Positions 40,140-52,100 of a stretch of 64,000 nucleotides of DNA are shown here, piece by piece. Each line of letters opens with the position of its first letter. Positions within the stretch are counted from its first letter, which is position 1. The DNA is taken from the NCBI RefSeq assembly GCF_009914755.1, contig NC_060933.1; one strand, given 5' to 3'. This stretch comes from the human T2T-CHM13v2.0 reference genome, Homo sapiens. The translations under genes were made by a program, and so were the position numbers. The notes beneath the pieces are model-generated. The model did not search any database. It was not told the origin of the DNA and was given only the letters and a program-made list of their open reading frames with translations.

Positions 40140-43100
40140 AATGGAATGGAATGGAAAGGAATGGAATGGAATCTACCAGAATGGAATGGAATCAACCCAA
40201 GTGCAATTGAATGGCATCGAATGGAATAGAATGGAATGGAATGGATTCAACCCGAATGGAGTGGAAGGGAATGGAATCAACCCGAGTGGAATGGCATGGA
40301 ATGGAATGGAATGCAATGGAATTGAATGGAATGGAATGGAATGGCATGGAATTGAATGGAATGCAATGGAATTGAATGGAATGGAATGGAATGGAATGCA
40401 ATGGTACGGAATAGAATGGAATGGAACGAAATGGAATGGAATGGAATGGAATGTATTGGAATGGAATGGAATGGAATGGAATTATTAAGAGTGGAATAGC
40501 AGGGAATGTTATGCAGTGGAATGGAAAGGAATGGAATCAATCCGAGTCTAATGGAATGGAATGGAACGGAATGGAATGAAATGCAATCAACCCGAGTAGA
40601 GTGGAGTGGTATGGAATCGAATGGAATTGAATGTACAGCAATGAAATGCAGCTAAATGGAACGGATTGAAAAGTAATGGAATGGAATGCAACCTAGTGGA
40701 ATGGAATGGAATGCAATGGAATGGTATGAAATGGAATGGAATGGAATGAAATGGAATGGAATGCAAAGTAATCAACCCTAGTACAATGGAATGGAATGGA
40801 AAGGAATGGAATGGAATGGAATGGAATGGAATCAACCCCAGTGGAATGGATTAGAATGGAATGGATTGGAATGGAATCAACCCGAGTGGAGTGCAGTGGA
40901 ATGGAATCAAATGGAATGTAGTGGAAAGCAATGAAATGGAATTGAATGGAATGGATTGGAATGTAATGGAATGGAATCAAACCTAGTGCAATGGACTGGA
41001 ATTGAATGGAATGGAATGAAATAGAATGGAATGGAATGGAATGGAATGGAATGGAATGGAATCAACCCGAGTGGAATGGAATGGAAAGGAATGGAATGGA
41101 ATGGAATGGAATGGAATGGAATGGAATGGAATGGAATCAACCTGATTGGAATGGAAAGAAATGGAATGCAATGGAATGTAATAGAATAGAATGGATCGAA
41201 ATGGAATGGAATGGAATCAACCCGATTGGAATGGAATGGAATGGAATAGAATGGAACGGAATAGAGTGGAATGGATCGAAATGGAATGGAATGGAATCAA
41301 CCCAATTGGAATGGAATGGAATGGAATGGAAGGGAAAGGAATAGAATGGAATCTACCCGAGTGTAATGGAATGGAATGGAATGGACTCAACTCGAGTGGA
41401 ACGGAATGGTATGGAATGGATTGGAATGGAATGCAATGGAATGGAATGGAATCATTCCGAGTGGAATGGAAGGGAATGTAATCGAGTGGAATGGAAAGGA
41501 ATGGAATCAACCCGAGTGGAATGGAAGGGAATGGAATCAACCCGAGTGCAATTGAATGGAATCGAATGGAATAAAATGGAATGGAATGGATTCAACCTGA
41601 TTGGAGAGGAAAGGAATGGAATCAACCCGAGTGGAATGGCACGGAATGGAATGGAATGCAATGGAATGGAATGGAATGGAATGGTATGGAATTGAATGGA
41701 ATGGAACAAAATGGAATGGAATGGAATGCAATGGATGGAATGGAATGGAATGGAATGGAATGGAATGGAAAGGAATCAACTCGAGTGGAATGGAATGGAA
41801 TGGAATGGATTGGAATGGAATGCAATGGAATTGAATGGAATCATTCCGAGTGGAATGGAAGGGAATGTAATCCAGTGTAATGGAAACGAATGGAATCAAC
41901 CCGAGTGGAATGGAAGGGAATGGAATGGAATGGAAAGGAATTAAATGGAATCAACCCGAGTGGGATGGAATGGAATGGAATGGAATGGAATCATCCCGAA
42001 TGGAATGGAGTGGAATGGAATGGAATTGAATGGAATGTGGTGGAATGGAATGGAATCAACCCGAGTGGAATGGCATGGAATGGAATGGAATGGAATGGAA
42101 TGGAATGGAATGGAATGGAATGGAACGGAATGGTAAGGAATAGAATGGAATGGAACGAAATGGAATGGAATGGATTCAACCCAATTGGAATGGAATGGAA
42201 TGGAATGGAATGGAATGGAATGGAATGGAATGGATTGGAATGGAATGCAATGGAATGGAATGGAATCATTCCGACTGGAATGGAACGGAATGGAATGGAA
42301 TGGAATGGAATGGAATGGAATGGATTGGAATGGAATGCAATGGAATGGAATGGAATCATTCCGACTGGAATGGAACGGAATGAAGTCGAGTGGAATGGAA
42401 AGGAATGGAATCAACCCGAGTGCAATATAATGTATTGTAATGTATTGTAATGTAATGGAGAGGAATGGAATGGAATGGAATGGAAAGGAATGGAATGGAA
42501 TCTACCAGAATGGAATGGAATCAACCCAAGTGCAATTGAATGGAATCGAATGGAATAGAATGGAATGGAATGGATTCAACCCGAATGGAGTGGAAGGGAA
42601 TGGAATCAACCCGAGTGGAATGGCATGGAATGGAATGGAATGCAATGGAATTGAATGGAATGGAATGGAATGGCATGGAATTGAATGGAATGCAATGGAA
42701 TTGAATGGAATGGAATGGAATGGAATGGAATGGTACGGAATAGAATGGAATGGAACGAAATGGAATGGAATGGAATGGAATGTATTGGAATGGAATGGAA
42801 TGGAATGGAATGGAATGGAATTATTAAGAGTGGAATAGCAGGGAATGTTATGCAGTGGAATGGAAAGGAATGGAATCAATCCGAGTCTAATGGAATGGAA
42901 TGGAACGGAATGGAATGAAATGCAATCAACCCGAGTAGAGTGGAGTGGTATGGAATCGAATGGAATTGAATGTACAGCAATGAAATGCAGCTAAATGGAA
43001 CGGATTGAAAAGTAATGGAATGGAATGCAACCTAGTGGAATGGAATGGAATGCAATGGAATGGTATGAAATGGAATGAAATGGAATGAAATGGAATGGAA

Positions 43101-45830
43101 TGCAAAGTAATCAACCCTAGTACAATGGAATGGAATGGAAAGGAATGGAATGGAATGGAATGGAATGGAATCAACCCCAGTGGAATGGATTAGAATGGAA
43201 TGGAATGGAATGGATTGGAATGGAATCAACCCGAGTGGAGTGCAGTGGAATGGAATCAAATGGAATGTAGTGGAAAGCAATGAAATGGAATTGAATGGAA
43301 TGGATTGGAATGTAATGGAATGGAATCAAACCTAGTGCAATGGACTGGAATTGAATGGAATGGAATGAAATAGAATGGAATGGAATGGAATGGAATGGAA
43401 TGGAATGGAATGGAATCAACCCGAGTGGAATGGAATGGAAAGGAATGGAATGGAATGGAATGGAATGGAATGGAATGGAATGGAATGGAACGGAATGGAA
43501 TCAACCTGATTGGAATGGAAAGAAATGGAATGCAATGGAATGTAATAGAATAGAATGGATCGAAATGGAATGGAATGGAATCAACCCGATTGGAATGGAA
43601 TGGAATGGAATGGAATGGAACGGAATAGAGTGGAATGGATCGAAATGGAATGGAATGGAATCAACCCGATTGGAACGGAATGGAATGGAATGGAAGGGAA
43701 AGGAATAGAATGGAATCTACCCGAGTGTAATGGAATGGAATGGAATGGACTCAACTCGAGTGGAACGGAATGGTATGGAATGGATTGGAATGGAATGCAA
43801 TGGAATGGAATGGAATCATTCCGAGTGGAATGGAAGGGAATGTAATCGAGTGGAATGGAAAGGAATGGAATCAACCCGAGTGGAATGGAAGGGAATGGAA
43901 TCAACCCGAGTGCAATTGAATGGAATCGAATGGAATAAAATGGAATGGAATGGATTCAACCTGATTGGAGTGGAAAGGAATGGAATCAACCCGAGTGGAA
44001 TGGCACGGAATGGAATGGAATGCAATGGAATGGAATGGAATGGAATGGTATGGAATTGAATGGAATGGAACAAAATGGAATGGAATGGAATGGAATGGAT
44101 GGAATGGAATGGAATGGAAAGGAATCAACTCGAGTGGAATGGAATGGAATGGAATGGATTGGAATGGAATGCAATGGAATTGAATGGAATCATTCCGAGT
44201 GGAATGGAAGGGAATGTAATCCAGTGTAATGGAAACGAATGGAATCAACCCGAGTGGAATGGAAGGGAATGGAATGGAATGGAAAGGAATTAAATGGAAT
44301 CAACCCGAGTGGGATGGAATGGAATGGAATGGAATGGAATCATCCCGAATGGAATGGAGTGGAATGGAATGGAATTGAATGGAATGTGGTGGAATGGAAT
44401 GGAATCAACCCGAGTGGAATGGCATGGAATGGAATGGAATGGAATGGAATGGAATGGAATGGAATGGAACGGAATGGTAAGGAATAGAATGGAATGGAAC
44501 GAAATGGAATGGAATGGATTCAACCCAATTGGAATGGAATGGAATGGAATGGAATGGAATGGAATGGAATGGAATGGAATGGAATGGAATGGATTGGAAT
44601 GGAATGCAATGGAATGGAATGGAATCATTCCGACTGGAATGGAACGGAATGGAATGGAATGGAATGGAATGGAATGGAATGGAATGGATTGGAATGGAAT
44701 GCAATGGAATGGAATGGAATCATTCCGACTGGAATGGAACGGAATGAAGTCGAGTGGAATGGAAAGGAATGGAATCAACCCGAGTGCAATATAATGTATT
44801 GTAATGTATTGTAATGTAATGGAGAGGAATGGAATGGAATGGAATGGAAAGGAATGGAATGGAATCTACCAGAATGGAATGGAATCAACCCAAGTGCAAT
44901 TGAATGGAATCGAATGGAATAGAATGGAATGGAATGGATTCAACCCGAATGGAGTGGAAGGGAATGGAATCAACCCGAGTGGAATGGCATGGAATGGAAT
45001 GGAATGCAATGGAATTGAATGGAATGGAATGGAATGGCATGGAATTGAATGGAATGCAATGGAATTGAATGGAATGGAATGGAATGGAATGGAATGGTAC
45101 GGAATAGAATGGAATGGAACGAAATGGAATGGAATGGAATGGAATGTATTGGAATGGAATGGAATGGAATGGAATGGAATTATTAAGAGTGGAATAGCAG
45201 GGAATGTTATGCAGTGGAATGGAAAGGAATGGAATCAATCCGAGTCTAATGGAATGGAATGGAACGGAATGGAATGAAATGCAATCAACCCGAGTAGAGT
45301 GGAGTGGTATGGAATCGAATGGAATTGAATGTACAGCAATGAAATGCAGCTAAATGGAACGGATTGAAAAGTAATGGAATGGAATGCAACCTAGTGGAAT
45401 GGAATGGAATGCAATGGAATGGTATGAAATGGAATGGAATGGAATGAAATGGAATGGAATGCAAAGTAATCAACCCTAGTACAATGGAATGGAATGGAAA
45501 GGAATGGAATGGAATGGAATGGAATGGAATGGAATGGAATGGAATGGAATCAACCCCAGTGGAATGGATTAGAATGGAATGGAATGGAATGGAATGGAAT
45601 GGAATCAACCCGAGTGGAGTGCAGTGGAATGGAATCAAATGGAATGTAGTGGAAAGCAATGAAATGGAATTGAATGGAATGGATTTGAATGTAATGGAAT
45701 GGAATCAAACCTAGTGCAATGGACTGGAATTGAATGGAATGGAATGGAATAGAATGGAATGGAATGGAATGGAATGGAATCAACCCGAGTGGAATGGAAT
45801 GGAAAGGAATGGAATGGAATGGAATGGAAT
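40140..45830 (+). repeat. ~2.35 kb higher-order unit, ~2.4 tandem copies
   Basis: ATTATTAAGAGTGGAATAGCAGGGAATGTTATGCAG at ~40481, 42820 and 45179. TCTACCCGAGTGTAAT at ~41352/43716. Doubled CATTCCGACT at 42267+42357 and 44626+44721. ORF translations are offset by 2339-2364. Confidence 0.92.
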
Positions 45831-47099
45831 GGAATGGAATGGAATGGAATGGAATGGATTCGAATGGAATGCAATGGAATGGAATGGAATGGAATGGAAT
45901 CATTCCGAGTGGAATGGAACGGAATGTAATCCAGTGGAATGGAAAGGAATGGAATCAACCCGAGTGCAATGGAATGTAATGGAATTGAATGGAATGGAAT
46001 GGAAGGGAATCTACCAGAATGGAATGGAATGGAATGGAATGGAATGGAATGGAAAGTACTCGAGTGGAATGGAATGTAATGGAAACTTATGGCGTGGAAT
46101 GGAATGAAACGGAAAAGAATGGAATGGAATCAAATCGCGTGGAATTTAATGGAATGGAAGTAAATCAAACAGAGTGGAATGGAATGGAATGGAATGGAAT
46201 CACCCCGAATGGAATGGAGTGGAATTGAATGGAATGGAATGGAATGAAATGGAATGGAATGGAATGGAATGGAATCAACCCGAGTGCAATTGAATGGAAT
46301 CGAATGGAATGGAATGGAATGCAATGGATTCAACCCGAATGGAGTGGAAAGGAATGGAATGAACCCGAGTGGAATGGCATGGAATGGAATGGAATGCAAT
46401 GGAATGGAGTGGAATGGTACGGAATAGAATGGAAATGGAACGAAATGGAATGGAATGGAATGGAATGGAATGGAATGGAATGGAATGGAATCATTCCGAG
46501 TTGAATAGAAGGGAATGTATTCGAGTGGAATGGAAAGGAATTGTATCACCCCGAGTGGAATGGAAGGGAATGGAATGGAATGGAAAAGAATAGAATGGAA
46601 TCAACTCGAGTAGAATGGAATGGAAAGGAATGGAATGGAATGGAATGGAATGGAATAGAATGGAATGGAATCAACTCGAGTGCAATGGAATGGAATGGAA
46701 TGGAACGGAATGGAATCAACCCGAATAGAATGGAATGAAATGGAATCAACCCGAGTGGAATGGCATGGAATGGAAAGGAATGGAATGGAATTGAATGGAA
46801 CGGAATAGAATGGACTGGAACGAAATGGAATGAAATGGATTCAACTCAATTGGAATGGAATGGAATGGAATGGAATGGAATTGTGTGAAATGGAATGGAA
46901 TGGAATGGAGTGTGAAGGAATTGAATAGAATCAACCCGAATAGAATGGAATGTAATGGAATGGAAAGGAATGAAAAGGAATGGAATGGAATGGAATGGAA
47001 TGGAATGGAATGGAATGGAATGGAATGGAATGGAATGGAGCCAACTCGAGTGGAATGGAATGGAATGGAATGGATTGGAATGGAATGCAATGGAATTGA

Positions 47100-49100
47100 A
47101 TGGAATCATTCCGAGTGGAATGGAAGGGAATGTAATCCAGTGTAATGGAAACGAATGGAATCAACCCGAGTGGAATGGAAGGGAATGGAATGGAATGGAA
47201 AGGAATTAAATGGAATCAACCCGAGTGGGATGGAATGGAATGGAATGGAATGGAATCATCCCGAATGGAATGGAGTGGAATGGAATGGAATGGAATGGAA
47301 TGTGGTGGAATGGAATGGAATCAACCCGAGTGCAATGGAATGGAATGGAATGGAAGGGAATGGAATATAATCAACCCGAATGGAATGGAATGGAAAGGAA
47401 TCAACCCGAGTGGAATGGCATGGAATGGAATGGAATGGAATGGAATGGAATGGAATGGAACGGAATGGTACGGAATAGAATGGAATGGAACGAAATGGAA
47501 TGGAATGGATTCAACCCAATTGGAATGGAATGGAATGGAATGGAATGGAATGGAATGGAATGGAATGGAATGGATTGGAATGGAATGCAATGGAATGGAA
47601 TGGAATCATTCCGAGTGGAATGGAACGGAATGAAGTCGAGTGGAATGGAAAGGAATGGAATCAACCCGAGTGCAATGTAATGTATTGTAATGTATTGTAA
47701 TGTAATGGAGAGGAATGGAATGGAATGGAATGGAAAGGAATGGAATGGAATCTACCAGAATGGAATGGAATCAACCCAAGTGCAATTGAATGGAATCGAA
47801 TGGAATAGAATGGAATGGAATGGATTCAACCCGAATGGAGTGGAAGGGAATGGAATCAACCCGAGTGGAATGGCATGGAATGGAATGGAATGCAATGGAA
47901 TTGAATGGAATGGAATGGAATGGAATGGAATGGTACGGAATAGAATGGAATGGAACGAAATGGAATGGAATGGAATGGAATGTATTGGAATGGAATGGAA
48001 TGGAATGGAATGGAATTATTAAGAGTGGAATAGCAGGGAATGTTATGCAGTGGAATGGAAAGGAATGGAATCAATCCGAGTCTAATGGAATGGAATGGAA
48101 CGGAATGGAATGAAATGCAATCAACCCGAGTAGAGTGGAGTGGTATGGAATCGAATGGAATTGAATGTACAGCAATGAAATGCAGCTAAATGGAACGGAT
48201 TGAATAGTAATGGAATGGAATGCAACCTAGTGGAATGGAATGGAATGCAATGGAATGGTATGAAATGGAATGGAATGGAATGAAATGGAATGGAATGCAA
48301 AGTAATCAACCCTAGTACAATGGAATGGAATGGAAACGAATGGAATGGAATGGAATGGAATGGAATGGAATGGAATCAACCCCAGTGGAATGGATTAGAA
48401 TGGAATGGAATGGAATGGAATGGAATGGAATCAACCCGAGTGGAGTGCAGTGGAATGGAATCAAATGGAATGTAGTGGAAAGCAATGAAATGGAATTGAA
48501 TGGAATGGATTGGAATGTAATGGAATGGAATCAAACCTAGTGCAATGGACTGGAATTGAATGGAATGGAATGGAATGGAATGGAATGGAATGGAATGGAA
48601 TGGAATGGAATCAACTCGAGTGGAATGAAATGGAAAGGAATGGAATGGAATGGAATGGAATGGAATGGAATGGAATGGAATGGAATCAACCTGATTGGAA
48701 TGGAAGGGAATGGAATGCAATGGAATGTAATAGAATACAATGGATCGAAATGGAATGGAATGGAATCAACCCGATTGGAATGGAATGGAATGGAATGGAA
48801 CGGAATAGAGTGGAATGGATCGAAATGGAATGGAATGGAATCAACCCGATTGGAATGGAATGGAATGGAAGGGAAAGGAATAGAATGGAATCAACCCGAG
48901 TGGAATGGAATGGAATGGAATGGACTCAACTCGAGTGGAACGGAATGGTATGGAATGGATTGGAATGGAATGCAATGGAATGGAATGGAATCATTCCGAG
49001 TGGAATGGAAGGGAATGTAATCGAGTGGAATGGAAAGGAATGGAATCAACCCGAGTGGAATGGAAGGGAATGGAATGGAAGGGAAAGGAATAGAATGGAA
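47100..49100 (+). repeat. Further non-adjacent copy of the segment at ~39520-41520
   Basis: Same motif order: GGAATTAAAT, TGAAGTCGAG (47631 vs 40053), GTAAT/GTATT tract plus GGAGAGG (47672 vs 40094), ATTATTAAGAG (48015 vs 40481), GTACAGCAATGAAATGCAGCTAAA (48167 vs 40633). Confidence 0.8.
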
Positions 49101-52100
49101 TCAACCCGAGTGGATTGGAATGGAAAGGAATGGAGTGGAATGGAATGGAATGGAATATAATCAACCCGAAAGGAATGGAGTGGAATGGAATCAACCCGAG
49201 TGGAATGGCATGGAATGGAATGGAAAGGAAAGGAATGGAATGGTACGGAATAGAATGGAATGGAACGAAATGGAATGGAATGGATTCAACACAATTGGAA
49301 TGGAATGGAATGGAATGGAATCATTCCGAGTGGAATAGAAGGGAATGTATTCGAGTGGAATGGAAAGGAATGATATCAACCCGAATGGAATGGAATGGAA
49401 TGGAATGGAATGGAATCAACGCGAGTGCAACAGAATGGAATAGAATGGAATGGAATGGAATGGAATGGAATGGAATGGAGTGGAATGGAATGGAATCAAC
49501 CCGAATAGAATGGAATGGAATGGAGTCAACACGAGTGGAATGGCATTGAATGGAAAGGAATGGAATGGAATGGAATGGTACGGAGTAGAATGGAATGGAA
49601 CGAAATGGAACGGAATAGATTCAACCTAATTGGAATGGAATGGAATGGAATGGAATGGAATGGAATTGTGTGGAACGGATTGGAATGGAATGGAGTGTAA
49701 AGGAATTGAATAGAATCAACTCGAATGGAATGGAATGCAACGGAATGCAATGAAGTGGAATGCAATGGAATGGAAAGGTACGGAATAGAAAGGAATGGAA
49801 AGAAATGGAATGGAATGGATTCAACCCAACTGGAATGGAATGGAATGGAATTGTGTGGAATGGAATGGAATCGAATGCAGTGTAAAGAACTGAATAGAAT
49901 CAACCCGAATGGAATGGAATGGAATGGAAGGAATGGAATGCAATGGAATGGAATGGAATGGACTCAACTCGAGTGGAATGGAATGGTATGGAATGGATTG
50001 GAATGGAATGCAATGGAATGGAATGGAATCATTCCGAGTGGAATGGAAGGGAATGTAATCGAGTGGAATGGAAAGGAATGGAATCAACCCGAGTGGAATG
50101 GAAGGGAATGGAACGGAAGGGAAAGGAATAGAATGGAATCAACCCGAGTGGAATGGAATGGAATGGAATGGAGTGGAATGGAATGGAATGGAATATAATC
50201 AACCCGTAAGGAATGGAGTGGAATGGAATCAACCCGAGTGGAATGGCATGGAATGGAATGGAATGGAATGAAATGGAATGGAATGGAACGGTATGGTAAG
50301 GAATAGAATGGAATGGAACGAAATGGATTGGAAGGGTTTCAACCCAATTGGAATGGAATGGAATGGAATGGAATGGAATGGAATGGAATGGAATGGATTC
50401 GAATGGAATGCAATGCAATGGAATGGAATGGAATGGAATCATTCCGAGTGGAATGGAACGGAATGTAATCCAGTGGAATGGAAAGGAATGGAATCAACCC
50501 GAGTGAAATGGAATGTAATGGAATTGAATGGAATGGAATGGAAGGGAATCTACCAGAATGGAATGTAATGGAATGGAATGGAATGGAATGGAATGGAAAG
50601 TACTCGAGTGGAATGGAATGTAATGGAATCTTATGGCGTGGAATGGAATGAAACGGAAAAGAATGGAATGGAATCAAATCCCGTGGAATTTAATGGAATG
50701 GAAGTAAATCAAACAGAGTGGAATGGAATGGAATGGAATGGAATCACCCCGAATGGAATGGAGTGGAATTGAATGGAATGGAATGGAATGGAATGGAATG
50801 GAATGGAATGGAATCAACCCGAGTGCAATTGAATGGAATCGAATGGGATGGAATGGAATGCAATGGATTCAACCCGAATGGAGTGGAAAGGAATGTAATC
50901 AACCCGACTGGAATGGCATGGAATGGAATGGAATGCAATGGAATGGAGTGGAATGGTACGGAATAGAATGGACTGGAACGAAATGGAATGGAATGGAATG
51001 GAATGGAATGGAATGGAATGGAATCATTCCGAGTTGAATAGAAGGGAATGTATTCGAGTGGACTGGAAAGGAATGGAATCACCCCGAGTGGAATGGAAGG
51101 GAATGGAATGGAATGGAAAAGAATAGAATGGAATCAACTCGAGTGGAATGGAATGGAAAGGAATGGAATGGAATGGAATGGAATGGAATAGAATGGAATG
51201 GAATCAACTCGAGTGCAATGGAATGGAATGGAATGGAACGGAATGGAATCAACCCGAATAGAATGGAATGAAATGGAATCAACCCGAGTGGAATGGCATG
51301 GAATGGAAAGGAATGGAATGGAATTGAATGGAACGGAATAGAATGGACTGGAACGAAATGGAATGAAATGGATTCAACTCAATTGGAATGGAATGTAATG
51401 GAATGGAATTGTGTGAAATGGAATGGAATGGAATGGAGTGTGAAGGAATTGAATAGAATCAACCCGAATAGAATGGAATGTAATGGAATGGAAAGGAATG
51501 AAAAGGAATGAAATGGAATGGAATGGAATGGAATGGAATGGAATGGAGCCAACTCGAGTGGAATGGAATGGAATGGAATGGGTTGGAATGGAATGCAATG
51601 GAATTGAATGGAGTCATTCCGAGTGGAATGGAAGGGAATGTAATCCAGTGGAATGGAAAGGAATGGAATCAACCTGAGTGGAATGGAAGGGAATGGAATG
51701 GAATGGAAAGGAATGGAATTGAATCAACCCGAGTGGAATGGAATGGAATGGAATGGAATCATCCCGAATGGAATGGAGTGGAATGGAATGGAATGGAATG
51801 TAGTGGAATGGAATGGAATCAACCCGAGTGCAATGGAATGGAATGGAATGGAATGGAATGGAATGGAATGGAATGGAATGGAATATTATCAACCCGAATG
51901 GAAAGGAATTGAAAGGAATCAACCCGAGTGGAATGGCATGGAATGGAATGGAAAGGAATAGAACGGAATGGTACGGAATAGAATGGTATGGAACGAAAAG
52001 GAATGCAACGGATTCAACCCAATTGGAATGGAATGGAATGGAATGGATTGGAATGAAATGCAGTGGAATGAAATGGAAGGGAATGGAATCATTGCAAGTG

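Larger units (their letters stand above)
27585..40140 (+). repeat. Recent ~6.27-6.29 kb tandem duplication (copies ~27585-33847 and ~33848-40140)
   Basis: Private variants are paired at +6264 to +6294: GGATTCCACCCAATT (~27645/33904), CAACCTGATGGG (~27830/34094), CAACCCTATTGG (27990/34254), AATTATATCAAGCCG (~28521/34785), CAACTGGAGTGCAACAG (32800/39084), GCAATGTAATCTTTGTAATGTATTGTAAAGTAATGGAGAGG (33800/40094). ORF translations are duplicated at the same offsets. Confidence 0.93.
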
